A stretch of DNA of 64,000 nucleotides, from NCBI RefSeq assembly GCF_009914755.1, contig NC_060925.1; one strand, 5' to 3'. A program made the translations under genes and the position numbers. Within the stretch, counting starts at the first letter, position 1. The number at the start of each line of letters is the position of its first letter. This DNA is from the human T2T-CHM13v2.0 reference genome, Homo sapiens. This document shows positions 12,322-25,620 of this stretch, one piece after another. Under the pieces are notes generated by a model. That model saw only the letters and a list, made by a program, of their open reading frames with translations, searched no databases and was not told the origin of the DNA.

Positions 12322-15300
12322 GCATCATTTAGTTTCCAATATTTATTATAAGAATAGAAATCTCAGTTTGTTAAAATATAGACACATAGCTCCTTGGAAG
12401 TGCAATAGACCCAAAATATTCTATGGTAACTGTAACTAGAGGATGAAGGGGGCACTTTGAAGTTTCTAGAACCAAAAGCTGACAGAAGTGGCTGGAAGTT
12501 CATTTCTCATCAATTAAAAACTAAAATTTCTTTAATAAAAGCAAGCTCAAAAAGATACTGCTGCCTTTGTGAGTACATGCTAAAACTTCTACTACCAATA
12601 CCAGGGATGTGGCCGCCATGAAGCTGTTGCCAGGGCTAAATGGTAAGAATTGAATGGATCTTCCTTCTGGGTCATAAAGTGACTCTGTAACATCTCTACG
12701 AAGAAGCAACTTGAGCCTGCACTCCAATACCTGATTTTGAGCTAGGAGGCCAGGGGACCAGGTACAACCCACTCAGCTTGAGGATTTTTCTCAACTTGAG
12801 GCATTTTTGAAACTGGAGAAAGGTTTTTCTCAAGAATTCTTGAAGATTTCTCTCCACTTGAAGATGTTCAAATGAGCAGAAGGAAATACATAATACCATG
12901 AAGCTCTCAATCAGATAAACTTGCAGATTTCAATTTCACAGTTGATGAGAAAAACTGAGCCATGAAAATACAAGATTTATAAGAAATACAAAGATAGGGT
13001 CCATATGCAGAGATAGAGTCTCTTTTCTAGGGACTACACAAATGGGTCTCTATGATACTCGTGACATTCCAGTTTTGAGCTCTATCTTACTTTTTTGTAT
13101 GTGATCCAAGGATACAACAATCTTGCATGGCAATATTAAATTTCTCTTTCTTCTCAACCAGACTCAATCTGTTACTTCTAATCAAATCAGTCATAACAAA
13201 ACCTAAAGGAAATAAAAAAATTAAAATAATTAAAAATAACAGTAAAATATAACAAAAACAATATATGGATATATTTCCAATAAAACATTCAACCTAATGA
13301 TATATTTGACTTGCACTTTATATATAACTTTACATATGACTTATGTTCTCCAAAACTTAAAAGGAAAAAAATGTATAAAAGCAACAAATAATAATGAACC
13401 TGTTAAATTAGTTACAAAACAGAAGCTATAAAATAATTCTGGACAAAAAGTAACTCAAATTTATAATATAATATTGCAAAAGTTTCTCTGTCACTGATTA
13501 TTTATAAAATATATTCTACAGAATGAAATAACTAATGAAATTATATTTTGTTTAAATTTGAGGAGGCAAGAAACATGCATCATGATACAGTATACACTAT
13601 AGAAATTGCACATTCTGCAATAAAATTAGGCCATAATTTCTACTTCAAAATTATTATCAATTTATCAAGATCCATGAGAATTACAAACATGTGCATAGTT
13701 AGCCATCCTGGATTTAATTAAATATGTTCCATACATTATGCATTTAGGACAGCCACATACACAAAAAATGTTTCATATAATAAAAAGCAGTTAAATGCAG
13801 TATAATAAAATTTTCTTCCTGGTGTGTTTTGTTACAAAATAAGAGGTACCAGTAGCAGTAACCCAAACTATGAATAATGTATATTTTAATGTGTTGGTAT
13901 ATTTGTAAATAAGCTCAATCATATGTCAGGAGATATCTCTGCAAAACATCGTGCTTGGAATAGCTTTGCATATCATTAAATATCTTTAATTTTAATTGAG
14001 AAAAAAATGTGAGTAATACTTCACACAAAGTGCTTTTCTCTTGAAATTAAAATATTAGTTTTTCTCAGAAGTGATAAACCTGGGTCAACATATGTATATG
14101 CATTATATTATAATTAAACATCATTCTATTTACACAATTAAAATGTAAAGAAAAAGAAGTCACTGAGAAAAGTGACTACAAATTATATAAAACATAAATA
14201 ACATATCATTGGCATGTGTAAAATAAGAAAATGAGACTTTGATCTGGATCTCCACAGAACAGACATTTTCTGCACTAATAGAGGAAAGAAATCTTATGAT
14301 CTATTTGTATGCAGTTCTGCAGAAGATTTAATGTCAAATTCCCTAAACAGTGAGTAGTCAGGGCATTTTGGAGAGACTCTCATTCTTTAGTCATCTTTTT
14401 TCAGATTGTTTCTTACATAATTTTACTTGCTCTGTATTATCTCTACAAATGAAGGAAAAGCAAGTAGCAACAAGTATTGCACTTCTCTCGTGGGGTAGCA
14501 AACACAATAGTAAGAAAATAAATTGCCTTCACTGTGCTATCTTTTGATGTACTGCTTAACGGTAGGTGGCCCTCCTCTGATCATCGGTTGAATGCCTTTA
14601 GGAACAGTTTGTGGCAGTTCAGAAGACAGACTCCTAGGAATTCTATAATTGCAGCAGAATACAAGAGCTCTAAGTGTGTTACCCTGAGGAAAGCCTGCGA
14701 GGACTGGAGTAGTCAGGGTCTATTTATTAAAGTGAACAAAAAAATCTGAGACATAACCCAAAGTGATCATTTCTTAATACATTGTCCCCTCAAGTACACC
14801 ACATCATTGTATATACATAAAGTTAGACAGGCACTTTTTATGGTAAGGCTATTATGATCTTCATTTTATAATTCATTTATTTTTTATAAGGCTGTAAACA
14901 AATTTAGTCAATGACATGTGTATACACCAAGCTGAGAACCACCCTTTAGGTACTCTTGAATAGTATTCGCTTTTTTCCTTAATTTTACTTCAGATCTTCT
15001 TTTTCCTCCATAACCCTTAACCATCTTTGCAACTCTCAGATTTCAGAAAATTAATCAGGAAAATACAAAAGTAGTATAAAGGATTAACATTTTGATTCCC
15101 AGCATATAAAATATTGATTATCATCTTTTTTTGCTAAGCTCTCTACTAAGAATTTTAAATATATTATTTTACTCAATTTGAACATTGTTGTTTTAGTTTG
15201 AGAAAACTGGGGTAGATACAAAATTGTCCAGCTAGCAACTGCCAAAATCAGGCTATGAAACTTAATAAATCTGACTATAGGATTTATATTCTTGTCACAT

Positions 15301-17574
15301 TAAACAAATTAAAGAATGCAATACTTCAATATGTATCACTAAAATGGGATAATTGATTATATACATATTTAAATCACATATTTATATTCATATATATGTG
15401 TATATTCATATATACATATATATGTAAATTGTACTCACAGTAAAAATTTTTAAATTTTCTTCCACTTTAAGAAAAACATTGAATTATAATATTTTTTGAA
15501 TTTTTAATATTTTTGAATTTGACTATAAGTATAGTCAAATTCACAGACAATAAATCTGTGTTGATTAATTGCTTGTTCCTTGCTTTGTCTGAGAAGAAGC
15601 TCAAACCCTCCATTATTACCTAACCATTGATTAAAAAATAAATTGTGGTATGCTCTTTGTGTGGTTTTATTTGGTGTAGAATGCATAACATTAACTTATT
15701 TAACTTAAAAAATATTTGAACTTTTATTTTCTTCTTATCTTCCCTTTGGAAATGTGACATCAATTTATTTTGCAGTATTGCATTTTAGAAAAAAATACAT
15801 AGGAGATTATATTTGGGAAGTAGAGGTTGGCATTGAATTCTTAGATATGACACCAAAAGTATAATTTATAAAAGGAAATAGTGATATATTGTACCTCAAA
15901 ATTACAAGATTTTTCTATGAAAAGACCACTTAAGAGGATGAAAATAAAAACTGCAACAGGGAGAAAATATTTGCAAACCACGTATGCAACAAAAAGCTGG
16001 CATCAAGTTCTAGTCCTGGTCCCAGTTCTCAAAACTCAAGAGTAAAAAACAATACAATTAGACAATTGGCAATAAATATAAAAAGGCATTTCTTCTAAGT
16101 GGATATAGAGATAATGAATAAATACATTAAAAAGCATTTAGCCTCATTAGCTTTTGGGAAATGCAAATAAACCCACAATGAGAAATCACTAACACAACTA
16201 TCAAATGGCTTTCAAAAATAATGACAACACCAAATGTGGGTGAGCATGCACAGAAATTGGGTTATGCATATATTGCTGGTAGGATCATAAAATGTATAAC
16301 TCCTCTGAAAACAATTTAGCAGTTTCAGAAAAATAGTTACATATGCAACTAACATACAATCTAGTAACTACCCAATTAAAATTCATATCAAAATTTGAAT
16401 TGCTGAGAAAAGTCCTTCTATATATTACATAAAATATAAAGAGCATGTATTTTCCACTACCTAGCATCTTTAAAATGGCAAAATTATAGAAATATAAAAC
16501 ATACAAGTGATTGGCAGAGTTTAAGAAGATGGAGGTCAGGGAGGAAGTCTGGGAAATATAAAAGCCAACTTTCAATACTCTTATTCATCATAGTACTGGA
16601 AGTCATAGCCAGAGCAATCAGGCAAGAGAAAGAAATAAAAGGCATTCAAATTGAAAAAGATAAAGTCAAGTTATCTCAGTTTGCTGTTGATATAATTTTA
16701 TACCTAGAAAAACCTAAAGACTCCTCCCTAAAACTCTTAGATTTGATAAACAAATTTAGTAATGTTTCAGAATACAAAATTAACATACAAAAATCAATGA
16801 CATTTGTATACACCAAAATGAGAAGCACACCAAGAAGGCAATCCTATTTATAGTAAATAAAAATAAAATAAAAAAATAGGATAAAATAATATACGATAGT
16901 AGGAGTATATTTAACCAAGGATGTAAAAGGTCTCTACAGGAAAACTACAAAACATTGACAAAAGAAATCATAGATGACACAAATAAATAGAAAAACACCC
17001 CAGGTTCATGGATTGAAAGAATTAACATCATTAAAATTACCATACTGCCCAAAGCAATCTCTGAGGATTCAACCCAATCTCTACCTAAATACATCATTTT
17101 TCACAGAATTAGAAAAAAAAAAATCTAAAGTTCATATGGAACTGAAAAAGAGCTGCAATAGCCAATGCCATTGTAAGCAACAAGAACAAACCTGAAAGCA
17201 TCACATTACCTGACCCCAAATTATACTACAAGTCCAAACCAAAACAGGATAGTACTGGTATACAAATAGATATCAATACCATTCAGTTCCATTCTTATCA
17301 ATAGAACCAAATAGAGGACCCAGAAATAGAGCCACAGATCTATAGACATCTCATCTTTGAGAAAGTCAACAAAAACATACACTGGAGAAAGAACAACTTT
17401 TTCAAAAAATGGTGCGGAGAAAATTGGATTGTCATATGCAGAAAATGAAGCTGGACCCCTATCACTCACCGTATAAAAACATCAACTCAAGATGCATCGA
17501 AGACTTAAATGTAAGACCTGAAAGTATAAAAATCCTGGAAGAGAACCTAGAAAAACTTTTCTGAACATTGGTCT

Positions 17575-18208
17575 TCTTGCAGTCTGCTTAGTCTCTAGTT
17601 CAGGTAGTTTTGAATTCTTGTCTCATCACCAAGAAGAATAAGGCATGTGACCATCAGAGAGTGAGTAGAGTAGGATTTATTAAGGAAAAGGAAAGCTCTA
17701 AACAAAGAAGGGGGTGCTGAAAGCAGGTTTCCAGAAATGGGACAGAGTTCTAGAACTTTATGTGACAGAAGCCAGGAAGTCTTCTGCGGGTTTTGCCCAA
17801 ATAGGAAGGGTAAAGTTCCCTCCTAGGGGTGCCGCACCTGCATATGCCTAGGGTTGGCCAGAGTGACTCCATCTTGTTTATTACCCATGAGCACTAAGCA
17901 AAATCCATGGGGTGGGGGAACTCAGGTAAAGACAAAAACACAATGCTAATGTCATGTTAGTGATATTATAATGAGCTGGATTAAGATAAGGAAATTTAGG
18001 TTGATTCATTGTACCTATACCAAAGTTGGGACCATCCCTTCTGAGCAACATCCTAGCACAAGGAGAATTTCTTAACCATATTCCATCCTATTACCAGCAG
18101 AGGCAGTGTAGGTGCTGTCCTGTGGTTTTTCCTTTGCTCTTCTCTGTCCTTCTTCTGAGACCCTCCCTCTCTGTCTGCCTAACCAGACCCTAACTGCCTC
18201 CTCTCTCA
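17575..18208 (-). mobile_element. ERV1-class solo LTR (634 bp; subfamily uncertain, possibly LTR36-like)
   Basis: Interrupts L1 at cattggtct|aggcaaa with an exact 4-bp TSD GTCT (17571-74 / 18209-12); minus strand begins TGAGAGAGGAGGCAG and carries AATAAA. Confidence 0.85.
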
Positions 18209-18615
18209 GTCTAGGCAAATAATTCATGAATAAGACCTCCAAAGCACAAGCAAAAAAAAAAAATTAACAAATGGGACTTAAAATATAAATATTCTACACA
18301 GAAATAAAAAATAATCAACAGAGTGAAGAGAAAACCTGCAGAATGGTAGAAAATGTATGCAAACTCTGAATCTGACAGGGGACTGATAATTGAGAGTTTA
18401 CAGGAAACTCAAACAAGCCACCAACAATAATACACAAAAAAACTCCATTAAAAAGTGGGCAAAGGACCTGAATAGACATTTTAAAAAAGAAGACATACAC
18501 ATGGTTAACAAGGATATAAAAAAGAAAACACTCAACATCCTAATAATAAAAGAAATGCAAATCAAAACTGCAATGAGATACCATCTTACACCAGTGACTA
18601 TTATTAAGCAAGAAA

Positions 18616-19064
18616 ATTCACAATTGCAAATATAAGAACCAACCTAAGTGCCCATCAATTGATGAATGGATAAAAAATATGGTATATATACACCATGGAA
18701 TACTACTCTGCATAAAAATAATTAAATATTTTTTTTTGCAGCAACCTAGATAGAGCTGGAGGCTATTATTCTAAGTGAAGTAACTCAGGAATAGAAAACC
18801 AAGTACCGTATGTTCTCATTTATTAGTGATAGCTAAGCGATGGGTATACAAAGGAACGCAAAGAGATATAATGAACTTTGGAGACCCGGTAGGGGAACAG
18901 TAGGAGGTGGGTGAGGGATAAAAAAACTACATATTGGATACAATGTATACTACTTAGGTGATGGGTACACTAAAATCTCAGACTTCACCACTATACAATT
19001 CATTCGTATAATAAAAAAACACTTGTACCCCAAGAGCTATTGAAATGAAAAAAAGAGAAAAATA
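18616..19064 (+). mobile_element. L1PB4-like 3' end nested in L1MA ORF2
   Basis: A second L1 3'UTR ending aatctcagacttcaccactatacaattc...cacttgtaccccaagagctattgaaat plus A tail; host ORF2 resumes at aggatgcagagaaaagggaa. Confidence 0.85.
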
Positions 19065-20344
19065 AAAGCCAAAAATTAGCATGTCAGGATGCAGAGAAAA
19101 GGGAATTCATATGCACTTTTGGTGGGAATGTAATTTAATGCAACATCCATGGACAATAGTATGTAAGTATCTCAAAGAACTCAAAATAGAACTACCTTTC
19201 AATTCAGCAGTTCCACTACTGGATGTATATCCAATGGAAAAGAAATTATTAAATCAAAATGATACCTACACTCATGTTTATCGCAGCACTATCTACAATA
19301 TCAAAGTCTTGGAATCAATCCAAGTGTCCCTCAACAGATGATTGAATAAATAAAATGTGGTATATATGCACCATGTAATACTGCACAGCCATAAAAAAAG
19401 AACAAAAACATGTCTTTTGCAACAACGTGAATGGAATTGGAGGCCCTTATCTTAAATGAAACAACTCAGAAGCAGAAAGTCAAATACCAGGTTCTCACTT
19501 ATACGTGGGAGCTAAATAATGTGCACATGTGGACATAGAGTATGAAATAATAGTCATTGGAGGCTCAGAAAGGTGGGAGGGTGAGGAATGAGAAATTACT
19601 TTTTGTGTGCAATGTATACTAATCAAGTGATGGTTAAACTAAAAGCACAGATTTCACCTCTAGGAAATATATCCATGTAATACAATTGCACTTATACCTA
19701 TACTCTATGCAAATAATAAATAAAGAAGCAACATGAGGGATCCTTGTGGTTGTCTGGTTTGTACTACACTACTAAAGTGTCTCAAGAAGTTATTATTGAG
19801 GAAACCTGAGTAAATAATACACATAATCTCTTTCTGTTATTTCTTACAACTAATTTCTTACAACTAATTATGAATCTACATTATCTAAAATAAAAGTAAT
19901 TAAAATATATGGAGTCAAATTAAAAATGATTAAACTTATATTTTAGATTTGTACAAAGTAAATACTAGTTCCTAGCAATTTTAAGTCCAGGTATTATCTC
20001 TATATCCTATTATATATTATATACCTTGCATGAGGTAATATTGAAATTGCTCACATTTGTATTATCATGGAGTTTGTATCAATCATAATATTCTCTACCT
20101 CTCTTTTCTAAATATGTCCTGAAATTATATTCTAGATTGAAAAATATATTATGAAACATAGTATTTAATAAAAGCACCCCAAATGAGAACTAAAACAAGA
20201 TGAGTTTTTGGCAAACCGCAGAAAATTAGAACAAAGCAACATTCATTACTTTAAATTCTAATCTGTAATTTGTAAAATCAATAAGTTCAAAATATGCATC
20301 TTTGTACAATTTTGATGATTGAAAATTACAGTGAACTTCTTTAG

Positions 20345-20683
<339 letters not shown>

Positions 20684-23379
20684 ATAACACATCTTAAAAA
20701 ATAAAATCCACAATATTAATTTAAAAATTAACCAATCTTTTGAACAGTCATTCAAAATTGTCATAGAGATTGTTTCATTTTGGAATTAATTGTATATTCT
20801 CTCACAACAAGCGATTTTTATTCAGGATGACTGAGCATTAACAGGATGACTGTACTTTAAAATTATGCCTAGAACATTTATAATCTACATACTCAAAATT
20901 TAAATGCTCAGTATAGAAAATAAGAATTTGCTTCCTACAGAAAATAAAATCTTATCTACACAATGAAGATATAAAACAAGGTAATCTTCAAGTTCTCTTC
21001 TAGCATGAATATTTTATTCTATTCAGAGCTGTAGAATATATCTTAAAGAATAATTGGATTTACATTTTAAGCATTGGTTAATTGGCATAAACAAACATTT
21101 TAAACACTAAGAAGACACTAATCACATGTAATTCTTAAGGGTACTATGTATCTAAATAAAATTTCATAAATAAGATTTCTCTGAATGAATAGCCATTTAA
21201 AGTTTATTACATGTAAATATAATACAATTTAAATATTAATATACACAAAATTATGGTTTCTTATGAAATTATAATTTCAAATAAATGTAAAACTTGAAAA
21301 GAATTAATGAATCCATTTAAGATAATGTATTATTCTTAATAGATTCTAAGCCACTGTGTTAAATATTTGTAATCTAGTATTAATATTATCTAACTGCTGA
21401 GGCCATACAGAAAAATAATGTAGGAAATAGACGCATTGACAAACAGCAATACCTATTATGAAGTCACATGTGTTAGTACAGTAGGATAATATAATAAAAA
21501 ATGAATCTGAATCTACTTCTGAGAGTCAGATAAAACATAACATAACATAGGAAAAGACATTTCAAAGTGTTTACAAAAGAAGAGTAGAATGATATTAGCA
21601 GAAAACCAGAAGACAGTCCAGGTCAAGGAAACATTTAAGCAGACACATTTAGTGTGAAGGAGCATTTCACGTGTAAAAAGTAATCTAAGTTCTTCACCGG
21701 ACTAGATTATATGTTCCACGACTTAAATGAAAGAACTAAGATAGTTGTCTGCATCTCTGTATTCTAGAGATGTTCAAAATGGGTTGCAGCATAATAAAGT
21801 GCTCAAAATTATCAATTATGGCTGAGGAAGAATATTTGTATTTATTTTGTTCAAATTTAAATATTATTAATAAGAAATTTATGATTTTATAGCTGCACAC
21901 TCTGGCCACATGTCAATTTGTCTTGCATTACATATAGTATTTGAGAGGAGACAGAATATTCCACTATATGCAGAGGGTAGAAAATTTGACCTTTCCCTTA
22001 TTTATTAATGTCCCACACATTTCCTTGGTTTACCTATGCTGGATTAAGTGGATTCATATTTAAATAATTAATTTTTAGTGAAATTAAATCTCACTACAGT
22101 TTTGAGAAAAGTTTAAATATTAACCTAAATGAATTATAGAAATCATAGGTAATTGATTATGGATTAGTGTGCTCAATATAATTGACATATTGTCTTTCCA
22201 TATTAATATATACATGTAATGATTTTCAATTAAATGGATTATGTTGAAATTTTTGTCATTCTAAAGTGAATATAAGAAGATGAGAGATTAAAAATAGTCA
22301 AAATGATAATTTAAGAGAACAAAGTTAGGGGTGGTGGAAGGGACTTGCCTTATCAAATTAGAAAAATGTAGTGAAAATTATAGTACATAATTAAGACAGT
22401 TACGTATTTGCACAAAATAGAAAAGTTAATTAACAGAACAGAAAATAGAGCCTAAGAACCATATCTACTCTGATGTGTGAACTTGTTTTATGACATAGAT
22501 GATATTTCAGATAAAAGTGGAAAGAGTAGGTGAAATTTCACTAGATTTTCTCGAGCAACTGGCTTTTTATATAAAGAAAAAAGGAACTACGATCATTCAC
22601 AACACATAATAATCTTAGGAGAGAATATGATTTCAGGGTCAGAGAGCAGAAAACATGATAACATATTTACATCATAAATATAAAGTACACTATAAGTAAT
22701 AATTCATAATGATCAAAGACACAATTATGACAAGCTACACACTGGGAGAAACCATTTGGAACACTAACAACCAACAGAGAGTTAAACGTAAAGAATATGT
22801 GGAACTCCTCCAGATGAATAGGAAAAATACAAATAACCCACTGGAAAATAAGAGAAAAAGAACAGGAATTTTAAAAAGATGAAACAAAGTGAGCATTAAT
22901 TCATTAAAACATTTCATTACTCATTAACTCTTTAGAAAATACAGAGAAAAAAACATTATGATGTGTTACTTTCTCACAAAAATATCCAAGTCTGTTAACT
23001 AAGTGGAACAAAGATAACCCTCATTTTCTGCTGGTGGTAATATAAATATGTAGAAGCCATCTGGAATTATTTAATAATTATTAACACATTTGTATCCATG
23101 AACAAGTCTGTTTCCACACTTGAACAGTGTAGTAAGTTGTTGGCTTCTATTCTATTAGGGCATTGCCCTTGACCTTACTTTGGCTAAATATTTTGAATAT
23201 CATTCCTTTTAAAATTTCACAACATAGTTTGTCCATTCCCAGTTGAATATTTAAGAAAGTCTTGAACTTGTCTAAAGTAGACATTCCCAAATTATTTACA
23301 ACAGGGTCTTTTTTTTTTTTATAATAGCAAGCATTGGAAACAAAAGGATTGTCTGAGATGATATAAAATTAAGTCGTTG

Positions 23380-23714
23380 TGTTGAAGGACTTTTCCTTAG
23401 TTTAGCTAAAGACGGGATCTTTGTCCCACAGCCACAGAAGTTTGGGCTCGCAGACAGTTTGTAGGGTAAGGCAGGGTTTTACTGAGTGTAAAGGGGAAAA
23501 AAAGGGGAAACAGGGATCTTTTGCAAGGCCAGAGTCCCTGCTAGAATGCTTCCTGCCCACAGCTTGAATTCCAGGTTTCACACAGGAAGAGGAGGGGCCA
23601 GGCTCTTTCCCACTGCAAAGGGCAAGAACTTCCAGAGGCTCCACCACAGGGTGCATTCCCAGCACACAAGCTGGTTGGAATTTTCCAGGTACTCCCTCCC
23701 ACCTGTCTGTCCCA
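23380..23714 (-). mobile_element. 3' LTR of the MER61-type provirus
   Basis: Homologous to 27828-28418; preceded on the minus strand by the polypurine tract AGAGGGGGGAA (23715-23725); poly(A) signal reads AGTAAA. Confidence 0.92.
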
Positions 23715-23820
23715 TTCCCCCCTCTAAAGATGTACATCTAACTGTTAGAATAAGGATAAGGACAAGACCGATCTTAACTGCTTCCTGCTGACAAGGGGTG
23801 CTGTTTTGGGGAAATAGCAG

Positions 23821-23942
23821 TTAGAGCTCCCTCAGAGGCCTATTTAAGGGCTCCCAGCAGAAATGGCCATTGTCAGAGGCTCCGGTTGCATGACCGTTTG
23901 GAGTCTGATGGCCTGAAGGCAGGAACAGACAAACCAGGTTAT
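23821..23942 (-). pseudogene. Remnant of gammaretroviral env TM cytoplasmic tail
   Basis: Manual translation TWFVCSCLQAIRLQTVMQPEPLTMA/(frameshift)FCWEPLNRPLREL* resembles the HERV-W/ERV9 Env tail FVSSRIEAIKLQM...GPLDRP. Confidence 0.7.
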
Positions 23943-25271
23943 TAGAAAACGTATACCAAAACAAAACAAGGGGGAAGTAGGGACAGCTCAAACATTCTGG
24001 GGCCTTCTAGTAGTTTGTACAGGAGAGGGAGCCAAAAGCCTGAATGGGAAAGAAACTTTACCCTTTTGCCAGCATGTTGGGCTTCTGGGTTCCCTTCCCC
24101 TGAGCCCAATCCTAAGCCAACCAGTTTAAGGTTTGAATAATTAACTCTTTCCAGTTTGGAGGATGCACCTGAGGGGAGTGTCCCATAGTATGGAGACACA
24201 ATTACCTATCTGTGAAGAGAGAAGTGGGGAGGAGAAAGGAAAAAAGAAGCTATTTTCATTCAGGGGTTCAGGATGCATTTGAAAGGTGTATAGACTGAAG
24301 ATGAATGGCTACCCATCTAGAAAGAGGCGAGCAGGCGTCCCTGGTTCCCTTCCTACCAGATACCTAAGGTACATGAGGGAGAGATGGAAGAGTGTCCTCT
24401 TTCCTCTTCTGTCCTGGCATCCCTGAGTCCCAGCGACCTTGGCAGGTGCCACCTTGGGTGTAAAAGTGGCTTGCACCCATGGCGGGGAGGGGCGTGTTGG
24501 CAGTGGGAATCATCTGCTTTTACCCACGTATGACCTATCTCCCCTGCTATCAGTAGCCTTGGATTTCTCTAGACCTCATTTATGCCATGGATATTAACGT
24601 GGCCTTTATCCATGAAACATGAAGCTTGGGGTTAGCTTATTCAGCATAAATCAGCCACACTCACCTGCACTGTGCCTTTTAATCTCTGTTGTCATCTGCC
24701 TCTGGATCCCTTAGATCCAGTTTTCTTTCCTAGGGCTTTGACCCCAAGTTTGGAATGGAATCTGGGACAAAAATGTGTCGGTGGGGGGATTGCATGGATT
24801 CCTTATGATAAGCCAAATGCTAAGGTGCAACTGTAGAACTGAATCCTCCTCCACAAGGGAGAAGAAAGGATGTCTTGTGACACACCCAGATAACTGGTGG
24901 CTATAGTTATGCTTGCTAGGATTTGCGTGCTTGGTGCTTGGCTTTAGTTAGTTCCATTGGTTTTACTTTCCCAAAAGGAAACCTCTGAGTGATAGGCATC
25001 CTATTTTTTTCCCATCACCTGGCAGGATTTGCAGGATAATTAATCAGTAGAATACTGATCAGGATTTCTTAATTACCCATCCCTGATGTTCTTTCTGAGC
25101 TGCAGCTGGAGGTTGCTGGTTGGTTCACAGGAACAAGCAGGGTTAGTCTAAAATGTAGGCTAAAACTTAAAAACAACTAGTGAGTTTAGAATGTAATGAT
25201 AAATGTATGATAAGTTTTGGAACATAGTTTCTCTCTTTCCAGTCCTCAGATTTGTTTAAAAACAAATCATG

Positions 25272-25620
<349 letters not shown>

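Larger units (their letters stand above)
16570..19722 (+). mobile_element. 5'-truncated L1MA3/4-like element (RT region to 3' end)
   Basis: agtactggaagtcatagccagagcaatcaggcaagagaaagaaataaaaggcat (ORF2 RT); 3'UTR ctaaaagcacagatttcacc...atccatgtaa; degenerate TSD aaaagccaac / aagaagcaac. Confidence 0.85.
15785..19905 (+). mobile_element. Old L1 (L1MC1/2-like) ORF2 end and 3'UTR; host of a nested L1MA (own pieces ~15785-16569 and ~19723-19905)
   Basis: ttcttagatatgacaccaaaag and gagaaaatatttgcaaacca; the 3'UTR resumes at gcaacatgagggatccttgtggt...atttcttacaact. Confidence 0.75.

Noticed and set aside
12590-12900. GC-richer patch with a Kozak-like gccgccATG as a possible processed pseudogene
   Set aside because: The frame closes after about 11 codons; no poly(A), TSD or recognisable protein; probably a decayed repeat
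23380-23714. p53 response element (some MER61 subfamilies carry one)
   Set aside because: No paired RRRCWWGYYY decamers seen in either LTR; only a poor half site gggcaagaac
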